Assembly: GCA_002104945.1 (NCBI GenBank)
Contig: MCFH01000032.1
Span: 124,001-188,000, forward strand
Reading direction: 5' to 3'
Origin: Piromyces finnis finn
Lineage: Eukaryota; Fungi; Neocallimastigomycota
DNA length: 64,000 bases
Of this stretch, positions 57,071-64,000 are shown one piece after another. Each line of letters begins with the position of its first letter. Positions within the stretch are counted from its first letter, which is position 1. Position numbers and translations under genes: made by a program. The notes under the pieces are model-generated. The model saw nothing but the letters and a program-made list of their open reading frames with translations, ran no database searches and was not told where the DNA came from.

Positions 57071-57691
57071 TGATAACGGATTGGTAGTTATATTACAACT
57101 TTTTAACTACTTCTTCTGTTATCTTATATTGTTTTATCTCGACAGCTATTGTACGAGCTTTAACAATATCTACTAGTTTTATTAATTTATTTTAAGCTAT
57201 TTTATAGTTTTAATAGTTTTATTATTTAATAATATTTATATAGAATAATAACACCAGATTTATTCTATAAAATATTATTTATTATTAACACAATAATTAC
57301 AAATTAGACAAGTTTAATTTCGTTTTTATATTTTCTTTTATTTATTGTTCTTACGCTCTTTTTAACAATAATTTTTATTATATAAAAACTTATTTTTGTC
57401 TTTTTAAATATTATTATGTATTCACTAATTAATTATATTAACTATTATTAAAATTTAACTTATTATTAGTAATCTAAGTCTTCCTATTTTCTACTAAAAA
57501 TTATTATTATTCTTTATATTAAAAATTATTTTTATAATTTAATCCAATCAAATATATAAATTTATAAAATATTTGATTTTATGTAAATTATATTTTTATA
57601 ATAAACTATATAAAATTATTTAATAATTATTTTATAATAAAATTTTCTACTAATATCAAATTTATAATATATTTATAATTATTATTTATCA
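57071..57691 (-). repeat. 5' LTR of element 2
   Basis: Direct repeat of 51111-51731. Confidence 0.96.
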
Positions 57692-57695
57692 TTAT

Positions 57696-58795
57696 TGATA
57701 CGCTACTCACATAAAAACGTAATAAAAACTAGCCGAATAAACACGAATTAACCCATAGCGACTTATAATAAAAATAAAAGATAATAACCCTTAAAAATGA
57801 ATAAATAATAATTTTATGGAAATATAACCCTTTCTTTTAAATAAATAATATTCTCTTTATTAAATAATAAATTATGAATAAAAACGACTTAATAGAGATA
57901 ATAATAAAATAAATTATTAAATAAAATAAAACGACTCAATCCAAAAATGTATTAAAATAATAAAATAATAATAAGTAAATAAAAATGAATAAATAAACTA
58001 AAAAAATAAAATGATATACATTAAATTATTAATTCTAGTGTTTTATCCAAGTGTTCTTTAGAAATTCTTTCAAACTTATATATATAAATTAACAAATAAA
58101 TAACTGAGTAATTATTACTAAAAGTGATTAATTTAAAGCCTGGAAATAGAACAATAATAACAATTTTAAAGATAAAATACAGAACTCTTTTATGTTTCTG
58201 TATAAAATGTGTTTATATTAATTGATACTTTTAATATTTGATTTTATTAATTTTATTTCAATTTTTATTTTAATTTTTATTTTAATTTAATATTATTTTA
58301 ATTTTAAATTTTAATTATTTTATTCAAGGTATTATACATTTAATGATAGTTAATGATAATTTATAATAGTTTTTCTAATTTTAAACATTTTGAAGTAATA
58401 AGAAAATCAAATAAGTAATATTCTATAATATTTTATAATACTAAGACATAATTTTAATTTATTCTTTTAATTTTAATAAATAATAACAATAGTAATAATA
58501 ACATTTAATAGTTAAAAATAATAATACATGTAATAAATGAAAATGTATAAAAGGAAGATAAAATTCTTCTTTATAAGGGGCGGACAATAAATAGACAATA
58601 AATAAATTATAAATATAATAAAGAGATAATTTAAATATAATAAAAAGAGTTTATTTTCGAGTTTTTGAGTGATTTATTTGTTAATTATAAAACATATTTT
58701 ATTTTATTTTAAATTTATTGTTTCATCATAAATATTAGAATTTATTATTTATTAAAAATATTATATTATTCAAAAATATATCGGTCAACGCATCA
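57696..58795. mobile_element. Solo-LTR-like element, family B (1100 bp), flanked by TTAT on both sides
   Basis: TGATACG...CGCATCA termini; TTAT at 57692-57695 and 58796-58799; inverted homolog of 24419-25506. Confidence 0.88.
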
Positions 58796-59429
58796 TTATG
58801 GTTGAATTACTCACCTAAAAATATAATAAAAATGAAAAAAGTAACCTAATCCATATTGAATAATAATCGCTACAAACAAATAACCTATAATTCCATATTA
58901 CATTTTAGTATTTTGACATTTTGACTCATTATATAAACTTTTGTTTTCACCAGATTCCTTAATAAATATATAAAATTTAAAATAAAGGAAAATAAAAAAC
59001 AATTCTAAATAAGTTAACTTACAAATATTTAAAGGTTATTAAAAAATTTCAAATAAAAACAAAAATACAAATAATAATAAATTCTATTGAATCCTATTTA
59101 AAAAAAAAAAAAAGTCATGATTTCTGATGTATTATTAGTAAATAAATTTATAGAAAAAAATCATTAATCTTCATTTTAATTATAAAAATAATTATTTAAA
59201 ATTGTTGTTTCGTTTAAATCTAAAAAGTTTTTCTAAAAATTCAAAATTTTAAACTTTTTTATTTTAAAAAGAATTTTCAACTCCCTGTCAAATATCAGTA
59301 ATGCTTTTATTAATCATTCTCAACTTTCAAGTAAAAAGCAATTAATTATAAAACTATGTAAAGCATTATAACAACTAGTGTTTATTATTTTTTTTTATTA
59401 TTATTATTTGAAAATTATAAAATCTAGAA

Positions 59430-59900
59430 AATAATATAAATACCTAACCCTTAATATTAAAATTTCTAAAGATTTTACTGTTACTTTCAGCAAAACAGAG
59501 CCTGATAAATTAACTACAACACTGTTTAAATGATTGTAACGTGAATTCTTTTTGAAAAGTGATACTTCTTTATATATTATGAATCGATTCACTCAAGAAG
59601 ATGATATTTTTTAAGAATTTTTAAATGAAAATTTTAAAAAAAGGCTTCATTAAACCCTTGTTGGATGTTTTGAAGGTTTTTAATAGAAAAAATAAATGAC
59701 TTATTAAAAGTATGTATTAATTCTAAAAAAATTAAATGCTATAAAAATATATATATAAAAAAAAATTGTATCTATTGTTACTTTTAATATTATTAAAAGG
59801 GTTAAAAGCGCAAAATTTTTTATTAAATATAACATGATTAAACTATAGGAAAGGTGTTAGATAAAGAACTGAGACTACTATTATTAGAGTCAAGTTGTTT
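59430..59900 (-). pseudogene. Possible decayed leucine-rich-repeat gene fragment
   Basis: Stop-interrupted frames such as IIFLSESIHNI*EV...YNHLNSVVVNLSGSVLLKVTVKSLEILIL have LRR-like periodicity. Weak evidence. Confidence 0.25.
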
Positions 59901-60476
59901 GGATATTATAAATACTTAGTTATATCATTTAGATTTTTTTAAAAAAAAAAAGTATCAGTAACATTTTAATTGTTTAAAAATTTTAGCATGATTCAAATAT
60001 TTAGATAAATTTTAAAAAACAGAAATCAAATTTTTGGTATTTCTTGTTACTAACAATGGCATTTCGATGGATAACCTCCAAAAATTAAATCTATAAGGGG
60101 TGTAAGAAGTATATAGCTTAGACAAAAATATATAAAATTATTCAACATTTTATTAAATAATAACCTATATAAAAAAATTTAATAATTTTGTTCCAATTGT
60201 TAAATCTTTACATTATTTAACCAAAAAAAAAAAAAAGTAATATTCTATTTTTAAAAAATTTGATTTTATTTATATCATTTTATTTATTATAATTAAGTAA
60301 AGGAAATCATTATTCATTTTAAAAAAAAGAGAGTTGTTTGCTTATTTATATTATTTTTATTTTGTATAATAGATTATTTCGGTGTGGAAAGTGTAATACG
60401 ATGAGGGTTAAGTTATTTATTATAAATTAAATCTATTTTATTTATAGGTAGCCAATCAAATTTCAAAAAGTGTGTT

Positions 60477-60548
60477 GCCAGCTTGGCTTAGTGGTAGAGC
60501 GTCGCTCTTGTAAAGCGAAGGTCGGTGGTTCAATTCCGTCAGTTGGCA
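60477..60548 (+). tRNA. tRNA-Thr(TGT)
   Basis: GCCAGCT...AGTTGGC-A acceptor stem, anticodon arm TCGCT-CTTGTAA-AGCGA, GGTTCAATTCC B-box. Confidence 0.93.
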
Positions 60549-60863
60549 ATTATTTTATTTTATTTTTTTAAAAGAAATAACCTCTAAAACTCGTCATTAT
60601 TTTATTTTAAATATTTTTAATACACTTATCCATGCCATGGCCTTGATGCTAATTAAATAGTTAAATCGATAAAAAAGTATATTTAACAATAAACTATTAT
60701 GGATAAAAAAATACAAATAATTTAAAATAAAAAGATATTATAGTAGAAAGAATTTATATTTTAAAACCCAACTGGTCATCAATAATGATTTCAGATAGAA
60801 AATTTAATCGTTACGAATGATTCAACAACCATTGAAATTGAATAAGCTAATTTATAGGAAACA

Positions 60864-60898
<35 letters not shown>

Positions 60899-62266
60899 TT
60901 TACAATAGAAAAGTATTTAAAGACACTAAATTAAATATTGTATTAATAAAAAAAAAAAATTTTTTTAAAAGAATATTTATATTATTTCATTATATGCCTT
61001 TATTATTAAAAATAATAAATCACTTTTCTATTTATATTCCTTATTTAAACAATATGGTATATAAAAAATGTTTGATATTTATTAAAGTAATATTGAAATC
61101 TTTAATAGTTTTTTTTTTTAAGAAATTTTAACTATTAATGAATCTTTAATTAATATCAAGCCTTTTTTTAAAAGATTTATAACAGAATTATTAAGATGGT
61201 ATGAAGAAAGTGTATATGTTTATATACTTTTTTTTTTTTTTTTTCTAATTCTTTATCTACCAAAGTCAAAATATTTTAAATGTAACAAAATATTATTTTT
61301 TTTAAAAATGTTTTTTTTAATAAAACTTTTATTTTTATTGGTTAAAAGTTTCATTAAAAAAATGATAATTAAAATTTAAAAAAAAAAAAAAAATTCAATT
61401 TAAAATATTTATTTTAAAAATTTTCTTTTTTATTGTATTTATTTTAGGTAAAAGAAAAAAAAAAAAAAAAAAAAGGGAATTTGAAATTTTATAGCTTTTA
61501 AACATTGCTTTATTAGTAAAAATAAAAAAGTTAATTATTATAAAATACAATATTGAGTAGTTATATATATATGAAAAAAAGAACCACCACAACAATAAAT
61601 ATAACAACTTTCTTTTTTGATAAATAATATCAACATTATTTCAAGGTGACCATTTTGAAAATTGTTTATCTCTCATTATAATATCCATATTTATTTATAC
61701 CGTTATTGTCAGATTATAAATTTACATGAATAATAATTAAAATTTAATAATTTATTTCGTTCTATTGTAGATTTACAATAAAAAAAGATTCATGAAATTT
61801 TAAAAATTTGGTCTTTTAATAATAAATGAAATTTCAATTTTCTTATTAACAATAAATAAATGCTAAAACACACACATATACACACACACATATATATATA
61901 TATGCATATTTATATAGTAATATAGTAATATTTCTTTAAAAATGCTAAAAAATGTTTATCTATATATATAAATTAAATTAAAGAAAAAAAATATATTGTT
62001 AAGAAAATAAAGAATTTCAATTTCACAATGACTTTCTATTTATTTATTTATATATATATATATATATTTTTTTTTTAAAATAATTTTATTAATATATATT
62101 TTTATTTTATTTTGATAATATCTAGTTAGGTGACTTTTTATTTCTTTATTTTTTTTTCTAAAAAAGCTTTCTATTCAATGTATTTATTGAATTAATATAA
62201 ATACATTTTCATTTTCAAACATTCCAATTTAAATTATTAAAAGTCACTATTATTTAAAAAAAAAAA

Positions 62267-64000
62267 ATGATGACAAGAAATCCTTATTCCTTCGAATTTG
62301 AAGAAAATAACAATACTGTTGATACCAGTTCTGTAAATTCTACAACTACAGAGAATAGAAATGTTAGAAAACATAAATCTTTAATGAATGTAAGAATCAA
62401 AAATACAAATTAATTATTTCGTGAATGAATACTTTGAACGCCATTTTTTAATCATTTTAGTTATAGTATATAAAAAATTTCAAAATTAAATTTATGTTTA
62501 ATGGAATTTTATACAGTAGTTTTCAAGTTTATAATAATATTAATAATTATATATTAGCATATTATATATATTATTTATTTGTATTCTTTATTTTAACAAT
62601 ATATAAATAAAATAGTAATTTTATAAATTAATATTAGTTTTTTTATATATATGATATTAATAAAAAAATATTTTATTATCATAGATGAAGTCATATTTTC
62701 ATTCTTCAATCCCTAGAAGATCCAATTCAATTGACAGAAGTAAGACACGTTATTCAACCTCTTTATTTAATGAAGATGAAAAAGAAAAGCTTCAAAGTTC
62801 ATCATCTCATTCCACATCATTATCTAATACCTTTAATCATAAAAATACGGAAAAAAACTCTGTAACTATACCACAATTAGAAAAAGGTATAACATAAATA
62901 ATATATATATAGAATTTATTCTTAAACGAAAACCTCCATTATTTTAACTTTTTTTTTTTTTTTTTATATCATTATGATTATTATTTCTAGATAAAAAAAG
63001 AGTTGTATTGAAAGAAAAGAAGGATGAATCAACATATTCTTCAGAATCTCTTAAAATTTTATTAGCAAGTTCTTCTAAAAATGTTAAATCATTAGATGAT
63101 GAAAAAGCCAACTACTTATTAAATAAGTATACAAAAAATTTGGTAAGTAGAAAATGAAAATGAAAATAAAAAATAATTATATGAAAAAAAAAAAATCATC
63201 TTGATTTATATATTATAGATCTCTTTTAATATTACTATATTATTCCAATAATAGAATAAATAATAATATTTATAATATTTTTTATTTTAACTTTTTTTTT
63301 TTTAAAAAAAAAAATTAGTTGAAAAAACCAAAAGAGACTTTAATGCCATCAACTGAATCAAAATATTTTAGTTCATCATCAATACCACAACCATCTACTA
63401 TCAATTCAGAAGAATCCATGAGAAAACCATATCATTTTACAGCAAAAAGTGCATCACACGCAATCAATAAAGAAAATATCAATAATTCTGTAAGCGCATC
63501 ATCATCACTTAATAGTCATCATTTAACCTCTCGTTTAAAATATCCAATATCTTTTAATAAGATGAGAACTCCATTATCAGAATTAAAATCAACAAGTACT
63601 AAAAATATTGAAGGTAAAAAGAAAAAAAAATTTAAATATCTATTTCTATTTACAATATATAAATATATTAAAAAGTAACATTCATATTTAGATAGGTTCA
63701 TTCATTTTAAAATGTAATTTAACAAACAACTAAAAAAAAAAAAAATTTTTTTTCTTTATTTTTAATATTTATATGTAATATTTATAATATATTCTCCTAT
63801 TAATCCTAAAAAAAAGAACAAAATAGTATAGGTAGTCAACAAAAATTAAAATTACCACAAAGTATTTTTACTAAAAAGGATATTGAAAAATCTCCTTCAA
63901 TATTAAGTCAATCGGAACCAAAAAAATCGGCAGTAGCAGTAACCCTTCCTGATTCAAACTCTTTAACGACGTCAAAAATAAAAGCCTCCATACCCAACTC
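62267..64000 (+). CDS. Multi-exon Ser/Thr/Lys-rich protein of unknown function; runs off the right edge of the window
   Basis: ATG at 62267 (MMTRNPYSFEFEE...), with successive exon-like blocks near 62685-62886, 62991-63142, 63320-63612 and 63830-64000 bounded by GT/AG. Confidence 0.6.

Larger units (their letters stand above)
51111..57691 (-). mobile_element. Full-length Ty3/Gypsy LTR retrotransposon (element 2, family C), inserted 16 bp upstream of tRNA-Cys
   Basis: 621-bp LTRs (51111-51731, 57071-57691) that look identical by eye, TGATAA...TTATCA ends, 4-bp TSD TTAT, PBS, PPT, gag and pol. Confidence 0.97.

Overview
Extremely AT-rich, intron-rich eukaryotic DNA. Composition, microsatellites and gene content fit an anaerobic gut fungus (Neocallimastigomycota-like; inference). 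Conserved genes (SWD1/RBBP5, CBF1, DBR1, a universal-stress-protein gene, two paralogous fungal transcription factors) are interspersed with six tRNA genes, four of which form two copies of a Ser(GCT)-Met(CAT) dimer. Two full-length Ty3/Gypsy LTR retrotransposons and four solo-LTR-like elements all lie upstream of tRNA genes. At tRNA-Cys, two different element families share the same 4-bp TTAT target site 16 bp upstream of the gene, which points to precise, repeated tRNA-gene targeting. Element 1 appears to be a self-priming, chromodomain-bearing (Tf1/sushi-like) element and element 2 a tRNA-primed one; both have a clear slippery heptamer plus hairpin for -1 gag-pol frameshifting. The 20-kb interval between the two inverted tRNA dimers holds an ankyrin gene, a phosphatase pseudogene and a 1495-aa intronless ORF resembling the RZ-finger E3 module and C-terminal domain of RNF213 without the AAA+ core. 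All calls were made by eye, without database searches.
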